Source of the DNA: Dehalococcoidia bacterium | GTDB taxonomy: Bacteria > Chloroflexota > Dehalococcoidia > Lucifugimonadales > UBA3495 | Direction: 5' to 3' | Assembly (NCBI GenBank): GCA_030740155.1 | Contig: JASLXV010000049.1 | Span: forward strand, 1 to 15,813 | Length of the DNA: 15,813 nucleotides | Shown: positions 7,086-15,219 of the stretch, one piece after another | Position numbering within the stretch: position 1 is the first letter of the stretch | How the letters are laid out: every line of letters begins with the position of its first letter | The notes under the pieces: model-generated | What the model was told of the DNA's origin: nothing | Database searches by the model: none | What the model saw: the letters and a program-made list of their open reading frames with translations, nothing else | Translations under genes and position numbers: made by a program

Positions 7086-8507
7086 ATGATGCAGACCGCC
7101 AGCGAGACGGTAACCCATAGAGACGCGTCTTCCGACCTGGCCCGCCACGCGGTGACACTAGCCTACGGCGCGCTGCCGCCGTCCGTGGTGGAGCTGACCA
7201 AGCAGTGCGTGCTGGATACCCTGGGCGTTATCATCGGCGCCGGCCAACTGGCCCCGGAAGCCCAAGCCGTGGCCGGCTTCGTCAAAGAGATGGAAGGCAA
7301 ACCGGAGAGCACCCTCCTCAGCTTTGGAGGCCGGGCCCCGGCGCCCTGGGCCGCCTTTTCCAACGGCAGCCTCGGCCACATGATCGACTACGATGACCGG
7401 TGCGGCGGAGGGCATCCCAGCGTCACCACGGTGCCGGTGGCCTTCGCCACAGCCGAAAAGCTGGGCGGCGTCTCGGGCCGGGAGCTGCTGGCCGCCATCG
7501 CCGCGGGGGTCGACATCCAGACCCGGCTCAGCCTGGCCATTCCCGACGTGGAGTGGACCATGACCGAAGGGTGGTTCGCCACTCAGCTCCTGGGGTTCCA
7601 GTCCGGCGCCGCCACCGCGGGCCGCCTGCTGGGTCTGAACGAAGAGCAGATGCTGAACGCCCTGGGCATTGCGTTCACCCAAGCCAGCGGCAGCCGGGAG
7701 ATGGCGGTGGGCACCGCCACCCATGCCCGGGCCCTGCAAGCCGGCTTCACCGGACAAGGCGGCATCGTCGCCGCGCTGTTGGCCGGTCGGGGCATCACCG
7801 GGCCTCGGAACAGCCTGGAGGGCCGGTATGGACTGTACCAGGTCTACCTGCACACCAAACCCGACCGCGACGCCCTGATCGGCGAGCTGGGGACCCGTTT
7901 CTCCACCCTGGACGACCACTGCTTCAAGGCGTGGCCCGCCTGCGCCGCCACCCGATCCCCGGTGGGGGCCCTCCTGGGTCTCCGCGAAGCCCACGGCATC
8001 CGGCCCGAGGATGTGGAGGAGATCGTGCTGGTGGGAGGGGACATGCACACCCAGTTGCTTTCGGAGCCCCTGGAGTCCAAGCGGTGTCCCCAGACCAGCA
8101 TCGATGCCAAGTACAGCATTCCTTTCACCATTGCCGCGGGCATGGTCAATGGGAACGTCACCCTGGGGGCCTACACCCCCGACGGCCGCATCGACCCCGA
8201 CGTACTGGCCATGGCCGGCCGAGTGCGCCACCAGCCGGTGCCGGAGGATCGTAAGACCTCCCTAATCCCCACCGTGGAAGTCCGGACGAAGGACGGCCGG
8301 GTGTTCTCCAAGGCCGAGGAGTTTCCCCTCGGAGACAACGAAAACCCCATGTCTCAGGAGCAGATCGAAGCCAAGTTCCGCGATTGCGTATCCTTCTCGG
8401 CCCGGCCCGTACCGCCGGCAAACGTGGACCGGGTGATCGACCTGGTGAACCGGCTCGAAACATTGTCCGATGCGACGGAAGTCATCCGGCTCCTGTCCCC
8501 AAGCTAA
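7086..8507 (+). CDS. MmgE/PrpD family protein (2-methylcitrate dehydratase / epimerase / decarboxylase superfamily)
   Basis: LDTLG, AAF.NG...H..DYDD....HP, SGRELL.A...G, NALG.A..QASG, G.TG....LEG..G, FK.WP.C, AKYSIPF, G...NPM......KF. SD AGGAGG at 7073-7078. Confidence 0.92.
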   Translation: MMQTASETVTHRDASSDLARHAVTLAYGALPPSVVELTKQCVLDTLGVIIGAGQLAPEAQAVAGFVKEMEGKPESTLLSFGGRAPAPWAAFSNGSLGHMIDYDDRCGGGHPSVTTVPVAFATAEKLGGVSGRELLAAIAAGVDIQTRLSLAIPDVEWTMTEGWFATQLLGFQSGAATAGRLLGLNEEQMLNALGIAFTQASGSREMAVGTATHARALQAGFTGQGGIVAALLAGRGITGPRNSLEGRYGLYQVYLHTKPDRDALIGELGTRFSTLDDHCFKAWPACAATRSPVGALLGLREAHGIRPEDVEEIVLVGGDMHTQLLSEPLESKRCPQTSIDAKYSIPFTIAAGMVNGNVTLGAYTPDGRIDPDVLAMAGRVRHQPVPEDRKTSLIPTVEVRTKDGRVFSKAEEFPLGDNENPMSQEQIEAKFRDCVSFSARPVPPANVDRVIDLVNRLETLSDATEVIRLLSPS

Positions 8508-8553
8508 GCCATAACCGCACCGCACCGGCAGGCCGCGGGCCGAAGGAGTGAAA

Positions 8554-9660
8554 ATGGCTACCGACCCGAAAACCGAAGGCATCGTCTTGATGGGCACCGG
8601 CGACGTGGGGCCGATACACGAGCCAATGAGCCAGTACCCGGAGTTGGTGCGCCCCACCCTCGCCGAAGCACACATCCGTTTCGGCCAGTGCGAGCGCCTC
8701 TACTCGGACCGGGGGACGCTCCAGATACATTCCAACGGCCACCACAGCCGGCTGGCCCCCAGCATGGCTTCGATCTTCACCGATTGCGGGTTCGACGTGG
8801 TTTCCCTGGCCAGCAACCACTCCATGGACTGGGGAGAGGACGCGCTAATGGACACCTGCGAGCTGATGCAGGAATTGGGTATCCAAACCGCGGGCGCGGG
8901 CGCGAACCTGGACGAGGCGAGACAGCCCGCCATCGTGGAACGGGACGGGGTCAAGGTGGCGTTCCTGGCCCGCTGCTCCGTCCTGCGGGACGGGTACGCC
9001 GCGGAGGCAAAGAAGGTCGGGGTTGCGCCGCTGCGAGCCCACACCTACTACGAGGCCCAAGAGTACCAGGCGGGCACTCCACCCCGGGTGGTTACCGTAC
9101 CCTGCTCGGAAGACCTGGAGATGCTGCGGGAGGACATCCGGAAGGCCCGGCAGCAGGCCCACGTGGTGGTTATCTCTCTGCACTGGGGCATCCACTTCAT
9201 CCCCCGGGTCATCGCGGACTACCAGCCGTTGGTAGCCCATGCCGCTTTCGAGGCCGGGGCAGACCTTATTTTGGGCCATCACGCCCACGTGCCGAAGGGC
9301 ATCGAAGTGTACCAGGGGAAGGCCTGTTTCTACAGCCTGAGCAACTTCATGATGTCCAGTTCCGGCACGTCCAAGGCCATGCTGGACCGCTACAACATTG
9401 AACTGGACCCGGAGTACCCGCATCTGCCCTACGGCGCCGCCGCCAAGCGAAGCTTGATAGCCCGGGCGGTACTCTCGACCGAGGGGGTCAAACGGGTCTC
9501 CTTCCTTCCGGTCATGATCGACAAGCAACTGAGGCCCGAGGTGCTACATCAGGGAGATGCCCGCTTCGACGACGCGATAAGCTACATGGATTGGGCATCG
9601 GAAGGGCTCGCCCATCGGTTCGACGTGCAGGGCGACGAGGTGGTGCTCACCGGGTCTTGA
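8554..9660 (+). CDS. CapA family (PGA_cap) metallophosphoesterase-fold protein, apparently cytoplasmic
   Basis: GD, GFDVVSLASNHSMDWG, AGAG.NL.EA..PAI, SLHWG, AGADLILGHHAH, YSL.NF. No N-terminal TM segment or signal peptide. ATG 8554 with AAGGAG at 8543-8548. Confidence 0.9.
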   Translation: MATDPKTEGIVLMGTGDVGPIHEPMSQYPELVRPTLAEAHIRFGQCERLYSDRGTLQIHSNGHHSRLAPSMASIFTDCGFDVVSLASNHSMDWGEDALMDTCELMQELGIQTAGAGANLDEARQPAIVERDGVKVAFLARCSVLRDGYAAEAKKVGVAPLRAHTYYEAQEYQAGTPPRVVTVPCSEDLEMLREDIRKARQQAHVVVISLHWGIHFIPRVIADYQPLVAHAAFEAGADLILGHHAHVPKGIEVYQGKACFYSLSNFMMSSSGTSKAMLDRYNIELDPEYPHLPYGAAAKRSLIARAVLSTEGVKRVSFLPVMIDKQLRPEVLHQGDARFDDAISYMDWASEGLAHRFDVQGDEVVLTGS

Positions 9661-9712
9661 GCCAAGGCGCCACCCGCAACCGAACCAGTGAATTAGAACT
9701 CGGAGGTCAGCC

Positions 9713-10630
9713 GTGTCAACCACCAAAGCCACCACCCAGCTCCGCCAACTCATCCACCGCCAGGGCCAGGTCATGACGGTCATGCATCCACCCAGCGTGG
9801 CCCTGGGACGGGTCATGGAGGCCGCCGGTACCGAGGCCGGGTTCAGCGGCACCTCCGGCGTGGTGGGCTCCTATACGGGGCTGGCCGATGTGGGCGTGGC
9901 GACCCTGTCGGAATGCCTGATGGTGGCGGGCTGGATCGCCAGAGCGGTCAATTTTCCCATCATCATGGACGGCGACACCGGCCACGGCGGCATCATGGCC
10001 GTCCGCCGGATGGTCCGGGAGTGCATCCGGGCCGGCGTGGCGGGCGTGCGTATCGACGACCAGGCCATCGAGCGCAAACGCGGCACCGGCTCCGGCGGTA
10101 TCGTGCTGGAGGACCTGGATATCGTCCTGGGCCGCTACGCCGCCGCCGTGGATATGAAGAACGAGCTGGACCCCGATTTCGTCGTCATGGCCCAGTGCTA
10201 CGCCGGAGAGTCGGAAGACGCCGGTCTGGATAACGCGATACGCCGCATGACCGCCTACAAAGAGCAGGGCAAGGTGGACTGGGTACAGTTCTCGGCGCCC
10301 CGGTCCGCCGAGGAGATAAAGCGGGCCCGTCAGGCCATCTCCGGCCCCTTTTCGGTGATGCAGGGCCACATGCCCACGCCCCTCAGCGATGAGGAGCTAC
10401 TGGAGATCGGGGTCACCATCGCCTGGGTGCCGGGTATCACCCATAGAGTTACCTACGTGGCCCTGTACGACTTCGTCAAGGACTTCATGGAGAGAGGAGC
10501 CCAGGCGGTCGATGACTTCGAGAACCGCAACGCCGGCCATCCGTTCGTTCACGGCGCCCTCAGCCGTGGCGTGGACGGTGAAGACACCGCCAAATTCCAG
10601 GAGCTGGAGGCCAAGTACTTCTCCAGCTAG
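9713..10630 (+). CDS. Isocitrate lyase / PEP mutase superfamily protein with divergent active site
   Basis: G..D.G..TL.E, PII.DGDTG.GG...V.R.V, AGVAGV.IDDQ, DPDFV.MA. GTG start with GGAGG at 9702-9706. Confidence 0.88.
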   Translation: MSTTKATTQLRQLIHRQGQVMTVMHPPSVALGRVMEAAGTEAGFSGTSGVVGSYTGLADVGVATLSECLMVAGWIARAVNFPIIMDGDTGHGGIMAVRRMVRECIRAGVAGVRIDDQAIERKRGTGSGGIVLEDLDIVLGRYAAAVDMKNELDPDFVVMAQCYAGESEDAGLDNAIRRMTAYKEQGKVDWVQFSAPRSAEEIKRARQAISGPFSVMQGHMPTPLSDEELLEIGVTIAWVPGITHRVTYVALYDFVKDFMERGAQAVDDFENRNAGHPFVHGALSRGVDGEDTAKFQELEAKYFSS

Positions 10631-10664
10631 ACTTGAAGATTCAGATCTAGGGAGGACGGAATCC

Positions 10665-11147
10665 ATGACCCAACCAGAGACCATCACCGAGGTCCTTGAG
10701 CCGGAACACCGCTGGATCGACGAACGGTTCGAGCGGTTCCAGGCCCTGCTGGCCGCCGGCCAAGTTGATGCGGAACCCTTCGAGGAGGCCTCGAAGGCCC
10801 TGCACCGTCACATGTACGTGGAAGAGGAGATACTATTCCCCGAGGTGGCGACGCGGGGCTTGGCGGCCCCAGTGGAGGTGATGTTCCAGGACCACGGAGA
10901 GATTGCCCGGCGCATGAACGCCGTACACGGGCTCATCGCGAGCGGCGCCCCTCCTTCGGATCTCGAAGCCGCCCTCGAGGCCGTGATTCAGGTCCTGGGA
11001 GAGCACGGCACAAAAGAGGAGATGATCCTGTATCCGACCGCCGACCAGGTCCTCGTCGGTCCGGATTTTGCTCAACTCGTGGAACGGGTAAGGAGCGAAG
11101 CGGTGCCGGAAGGCTGGTTGTGCCGCGTGCTCGCCGGCGAGAAATAG
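10665..11147 (+). CDS. Hemerythrin (HHE) domain protein
   Basis: EHRWID, RHMYVEEEILFP, MFQDH, EH..KEE.ILYP (paired H-x3-E motifs). ATG 10665 with GGAGG at 10651-10655; the longer 10389 start overlaps the upstream gene and is unlikely. Confidence 0.88.
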   Translation: MTQPETITEVLEPEHRWIDERFERFQALLAAGQVDAEPFEEASKALHRHMYVEEEILFPEVATRGLAAPVEVMFQDHGEIARRMNAVHGLIASGAPPSDLEAALEAVIQVLGEHGTKEEMILYPTADQVLVGPDFAQLVERVRSEAVPEGWLCRVLAGEK

Positions 11148-11434
11148 GGTAGCGCAGGTATCCGGTGTCGGCTTGTTCCCGACGGGGCGAAGCAGCCGGT
11201 GATTTTGGCTTAGGGTCCGACCGAGCAAGCCCGCGGCTCTGGCCAAGGCTCGGTGATTGTCTGGCGCCGGCAATCCCGGGCCGGCGCTCGTTGCTGGCAC
11301 CCAGGGTCAAGACCAACCGACTGCAAAGGGTAATCACGTCTTACGCGGGCGTTCGCTCCCGTCCGTCCGGAGGGCTTCTCAGCTGGTGCGGAAAACTGCC
11401 CGCGTGCTCACCCTCGTCGGGCCGGCCTTCGCAT

Positions 11435-11543
11435 CCCCGTCATTCCGGCGAAAGCCGGAATCTAGGCGCCGCTTTCACCACAAAGGCGAAGTCGGTGGGG
11501 AAGCCCACGTCTATGGATTCCGGCCTGCGCCGGAATGACGGGG
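11435..11543. repeat. REP-like palindromic doublet (two inverted CGTC-type REP units, REPIN-like)
   Basis: CCCCGTCATTCCGGCGAAAGCCGGAATC (11435-11462) and GATTCCGGCCTGCGCCGGAATGACGGGG (11516-11543) are inverted copies, 26/28 identical. Each is itself a hairpin. Confidence 0.85.
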
Positions 11544-11592
11544 GGGGGGAGGACGCCAGTGTCGGGGTATGACCTATCCCAGAGTCAAAGAG

Positions 11593-13296
11593 CTAGGCGT
11601 CGTTGCCCTGGCCGGCCCAATTCCCCTTGCATGACAGGCAATACCGGCTGATTTGGGAGACCAGCGCGGTTTCTTCCTTCCCCAGTATCGCCTCTAACCT
11701 ACGAAGCATGCTCGAAGAGGCTACCGGAGCGCCGCAGGTAACGCAGCGGGCCTCTCGGTCCCGGCAGAGGGTTACCGGCTCTTCGGTGAGCCGGGCGAAG
11801 TCGGTCGTCCGCTTCACTCCGATTGCCCCGGCGACACTTTCCGGACACACCGGGAGGCACTTCTCGCAGGCGACGCACCGGCTTCCATCGAAAACGAGTT
11901 CGACCCGTTCGTCGTCCCGCTGGGTCGTCAAGGCTCCCGTTGGGCAAGCATCGGCGCACACGCCGCACAGGGTGCACAGCTCCGGAACGACCTCCACGAC
12001 TCCGACCGGAGCACCGGGATGATCGAGGGTGAGGGTGGTTGGTAACCCGTATCTTTCTTTCAGCGTGCGAAGGGCCAAGCCCAACGCCGCCGGGCCGAAC
12101 ATACTCTCAATGGACTCCTCGGCCGGGGCGGCGCCGGAGCCCAGCGGTGCGGTAATTGACCCAATCCGTTCCGGCTCATCTTCGGGGCTCACCAGGGTTA
12201 CCAGCTCAGGCGCCTGGCCAAACGACCGAAGCAGCGCGTGGCAATAATCCACCCTCTCCTCGACGAGCGCCCGTTGACCGGGGGGGCAGGCGTCACCGCA
12301 GGCCGTCAAGCCCACCGGCAATCCGGAGGCCACGCACCTGAGAATGCAGCTTGCCGGCACCATTCCAACGCAGGGCACCACCAAGGGGAGCCAATAGGGC
12401 GACGCACCCACACCTCCCGGCCCCGCCTTCTCGACAGCCGGGATACTCTTCCGGCAGGTGAACAGGACCCGGCGTTCCGTCAGATCGTCGTCAAATCGTA
12501 TCGAGTCCGTTGCCAGCAGAACCCCGATCTGGGCCTCGATTTCGGCGGGAGAACCCCCCGGAAGGCGAACGGCGTCCTTGGGGCATACCGCCAGGCAGTT
12601 GCCGCATCCGTCACACCCCAACCGGCTTATCTCAATGAACTCCCCGGTGCTGGCCATTGCGTCCCGGGGGCAGGCCTGAACACAGAGGGAGCAGCCCTCG
12701 CCAGCCGTGCAGCGCCGGCCATCGATGGAGGCCACCACCTGATACTCAATAGGCGGCAAGGTGAATAAAGCGCGGCGACTGACCTTTTGGGTCAGCATGG
12801 CCAGGCACGGTTTGACGTTCTCGGGCGTACTTCCCGGATAGGCACGTGCCTTCGCGACGGCGCCGGCCAGCAGAAGCTTGGCCTTTTCGGTTCCGCGGTC
12901 CTCCCCCTTCACCTGGGAACAAAGGCCTCCCAGGCTCACGGGGACGATGCCCAGCGGGTCCAGGCCGGCCTTCCTGGCCTCGGCATGGAGCGCCACCTCG
13001 GAGTAGTCCAGAGCGCATAGGCCCAGGACGACGTGTTGGAACCCGGCCTCGCCGGCGCGACGGACTTCCTCGGCGGCGTGGCAAAGGTCCGCTACCACCC
13101 GGGCCTGAAGATCCTCGTTCCCCTGTTCAAGCCAGCGGCAAAGCTCTTCAAGGTTCAGGCCGTTACCCATCGTCCGCAGGTCCTGGCAAAGCAGAACGGC
13201 GGTGGACGTGGTTGGGTTCTTCTGCCTAAGGCCATCTTTTATCGCGAGGGCCGCCACAGGCCCAACTTTTCCATTGGAAGAAACCAATGAGTTCAT
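11593..13296 (-). CDS. Multi-4Fe-4S protein: HdrA N-terminal-like domain, ferredoxin pair, MvhD/FlpD-like domain, second ferredoxin pair, C-terminal CxxC...CxxC
   Basis: CTAGEGCSLCVQACP, CDGCGNCLAVCP, CTLCGVCADACP, CVACEKCLPVCP; FTC / VPCVG / ACGDAC; GLDP.....V....CS.V......TEKAK.L...AVAKAR. ATGA overlap with the upstream gene at 13293-13296. Confidence 0.85.
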   Translation of the reverse strand: MNSLVSSNGKVGPVAALAIKDGLRQKNPTTSTAVLLCQDLRTMGNGLNLEELCRWLEQGNEDLQARVVADLCHAAEEVRRAGEAGFQHVVLGLCALDYSEVALHAEARKAGLDPLGIVPVSLGGLCSQVKGEDRGTEKAKLLLAGAVAKARAYPGSTPENVKPCLAMLTQKVSRRALFTLPPIEYQVVASIDGRRCTAGEGCSLCVQACPRDAMASTGEFIEISRLGCDGCGNCLAVCPKDAVRLPGGSPAEIEAQIGVLLATDSIRFDDDLTERRVLFTCRKSIPAVEKAGPGGVGASPYWLPLVVPCVGMVPASCILRCVASGLPVGLTACGDACPPGQRALVEERVDYCHALLRSFGQAPELVTLVSPEDEPERIGSITAPLGSGAAPAEESIESMFGPAALGLALRTLKERYGLPTTLTLDHPGAPVGVVEVVPELCTLCGVCADACPTGALTTQRDDERVELVFDGSRCVACEKCLPVCPESVAGAIGVKRTTDFARLTEEPVTLCRDREARCVTCGAPVASSSMLRRLEAILGKEETALVSQISRYCLSCKGNWAGQGNDA

Positions 13297-14000
13297 GGCG
13301 CCTCCCTAACAGCATCAAAACGGAGCAGCAGGCCATCGATCAGGTCGCCGTCGTGTACGATGAACGCCCCGGCGGCCCGGGTCGCGCTGGCGAAGACGCC
13401 GTCAGGGTTCAGTGCGTTCACTCCGCAGGCGAATTGCGGAAACCAACGGTTCAGGTGGGCTCTCAGAAACCTGCGCTCGGTTTTCAGGAATTGGCGGGCC
13501 TGGCGTATGTCCTCGGCCTCCCAAAACTCCGCCTCTCGGGCGCAAAGAAAGCTCATGAACTCCAGCTCCACGGCCACGTGGTCCGGCGCTTGGCGCGGGG
13601 ATGACGAGGCAGCAAGACCCGCGCGAGCGTATTCGATCTCCAGTTGGGCCAGCAGCAGGGCCGCAGCGGCGGGCTCCGGCGCCAAGTAGACCGATTCGTA
13701 GATTGGACAGGGAACGTTGGGGCGGCTGACCTGGAAGCTGGAGACATACTCGCCCTGGAGGGCGGCGGCCTGCTGCGGACCCAAGCCCGCCAGGGCGTCA
13801 AGAAACAGGTCCCACTCCCGGAAAAAGGCGAAGCCGGCCCACGGTTCACTCTGGCGGGCCAGCTCCCCGGCCACGATTCCGATGGTCTCCACCCTCTCGG
13901 TGTCAGGATAGACCAGGCTCTGGCTGAAGAGCCGGTAGGCGGCCTGGCGCAGGCGCGTCAGGCTCTCCAAGGGACATAGTTTCTCCGAAACTGTTCTCAT
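13293..14000 (-). CDS. TorD/DmsD family molybdoenzyme maturation chaperone
   Basis: R...Y.LFS.....P, PIYESVY, PDHVAVELEFM..L, FL..HL..W.P.F motifs, in operon context. Confidence 0.93.
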   Translation of the reverse strand: MRTVSEKLCPLESLTRLRQAAYRLFSQSLVYPDTERVETIGIVAGELARQSEPWAGFAFFREWDLFLDALAGLGPQQAAALQGEYVSSFQVSRPNVPCPIYESVYLAPEPAAAALLLAQLEIEYARAGLAASSSPRQAPDHVAVELEFMSFLCAREAEFWEAEDIRQARQFLKTERRFLRAHLNRWFPQFACGVNALNPDGVFASATRAAGAFIVHDGDLIDGLLLRFDAVREAP

Positions 14001-14006
14001 TACGGG

Positions 14007-15167
14007 TTATGCTCGTGCTGATGTTGAGGCATGGGGTTCATCCGCCAGACCCAAAACCTTCTCGCCGACCGTGTAGAGCACCAGAATCATGGAAAGCGCC
14101 AGTATCACGTACGACCATTCCCACACGGACGGGGTATACTTCACGAACTCCGGCAACCACTGGCCGTGGAGTACCGGTTCGTACTCCCCCGCCAGCACCA
14201 GGTCCATGCGTCCGGCGAAGAGCCCGATGAGCGCTGACACCGGCGCCGCTACGAGGGCCCACGTCTTTCTCCGCAACGCGGGCACTCCCAGCAGAATGAG
14301 GGGGAGTACAAACCCGAGCCAGACCTCAATGTGCCAATAGTAGGTCTCGACGGCGTGGCTGAGGCTGGCATAACCCGCCGCCTCCGACCCGGGATATACC
14401 GTCACGATCACCCTCCACGTGAAGAAGAGGGAGACCAGGGCGATAACCAGGGCGTAGTGCTTGGCGACATGATCCATCATGCCCCGCATTTGGTCACGGA
14501 TGCCCTGCTTCGAGACAGCCTGAGTGACCAGGGTGAAGAGCATTATGGCGCCGAATCCGCTGAACAGCGCTGTCAGGAGGAAGTACACCGGCATAAAGGC
14601 GCCGAAGTGCGCGGGGCGGCCGATAACGAAGCCAAACACCGCTCCCAGGGTAGAGTGGGCTGCAATGGCCGATATGAGAGTGGCTATTCCAAGCACCTTG
14701 CCGAGTTGGGTATCCGACCTGCCTGTCTGTATTGTCCAGAACTTGCCTACCAACACCACCAGATATATGGAGTACAGCAGGGACATCCACCACATGGCTG
14801 AGGTGGGGTTGGGGGAGAACATGAAGTTTATGGCCCGGAAGGGTTGACCCAAGTCACTCCCGATTACCACAAATCCGGCGAGCAGCGCCAATATGGCGAT
14901 GAAGACAGCTCGTTTGGCGATAGGCCGGTAGGTCTCGATGCCGAAGACCATGTACAGAGATGCGACGAAGGTAAGCCCTGTAGAGGTGAGGACCAGGAAA
15001 ACGTAGAGGGATATCCCGAGTCCCCAGGGCACCAGGTCCGTCGTATTGAAGACTTCCGAGTGATCGTGAGTTAGTATCCACAGGATAGCAAAGACCCCCC
15101 AGGCCAAACCTAATCCCAGAAACCCCAGCCAACCGAAGTAAACGGGGGACCTCCACTGTACTAGCAT
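14007..15167 (-). CDS. nrfD: NrfD/PsrC family polytopic membrane anchor subunit
   Basis: VPWGL.I..Y.F, DLG.P.R, PNPTS.MWWM..LY..Y, HSTLG..FG, P.YFL..A..SG, Y.PS..E, and many hydrophobic helices. AAGGAGG SD upstream. Confidence 0.9.
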   Translation of the reverse strand: MLVQWRSPVYFGWLGFLGLGLAWGVFAILWILTHDHSEVFNTTDLVPWGLGISLYVFLVLTSTGLTFVASLYMVFGIETYRPIAKRAVFIAILALLAGFVVIGSDLGQPFRAINFMFSPNPTSAMWWMSLLYSIYLVVLVGKFWTIQTGRSDTQLGKVLGIATLISAIAAHSTLGAVFGFVIGRPAHFGAFMPVYFLLTALFSGFGAIMLFTLVTQAVSKQGIRDQMRGMMDHVAKHYALVIALVSLFFTWRVIVTVYPGSEAAGYASLSHAVETYYWHIEVWLGFVLPLILLGVPALRRKTWALVAAPVSALIGLFAGRMDLVLAGEYEPVLHGQWLPEFVKYTPSVWEWSYVILALSMILVLYTVGEKVLGLADEPHASTSARA

Positions 15168-15219
15168 CTCAGCACCCTCCTTTTGAGTAGCGATATCCAG
15201 CCTGCTTGCCGTCCGGGGC

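Noticed and set aside
3590..10369. Long alternative-frame and antisense ORFs (e.g. 3590-4441, 3645-4538, 5646-7148, 7158-8231, 7400-8254, 8845-9528, 9716-10369)
   Set aside because: Typical stop-poor shadows of high-GC genes. They overlap well-supported CDSs and lack motifs.
11435..11543. REP units as a CRISPR array
   Set aside because: There are only two units, they are inverted rather than direct, and no cas genes are present.
11540..11549. G10 homopolymer as a phase-variation tract
   Set aside because: It is intergenic, at the REP edge between convergent 3' ends, and not in a CDS or promoter.
11165..11572. 135-aa and 93-aa ORFs in the intergenic region
   Set aside because: They run through the REP element, have Arg/Pro/Gly-biased composition, and show no convincing SD or motif.
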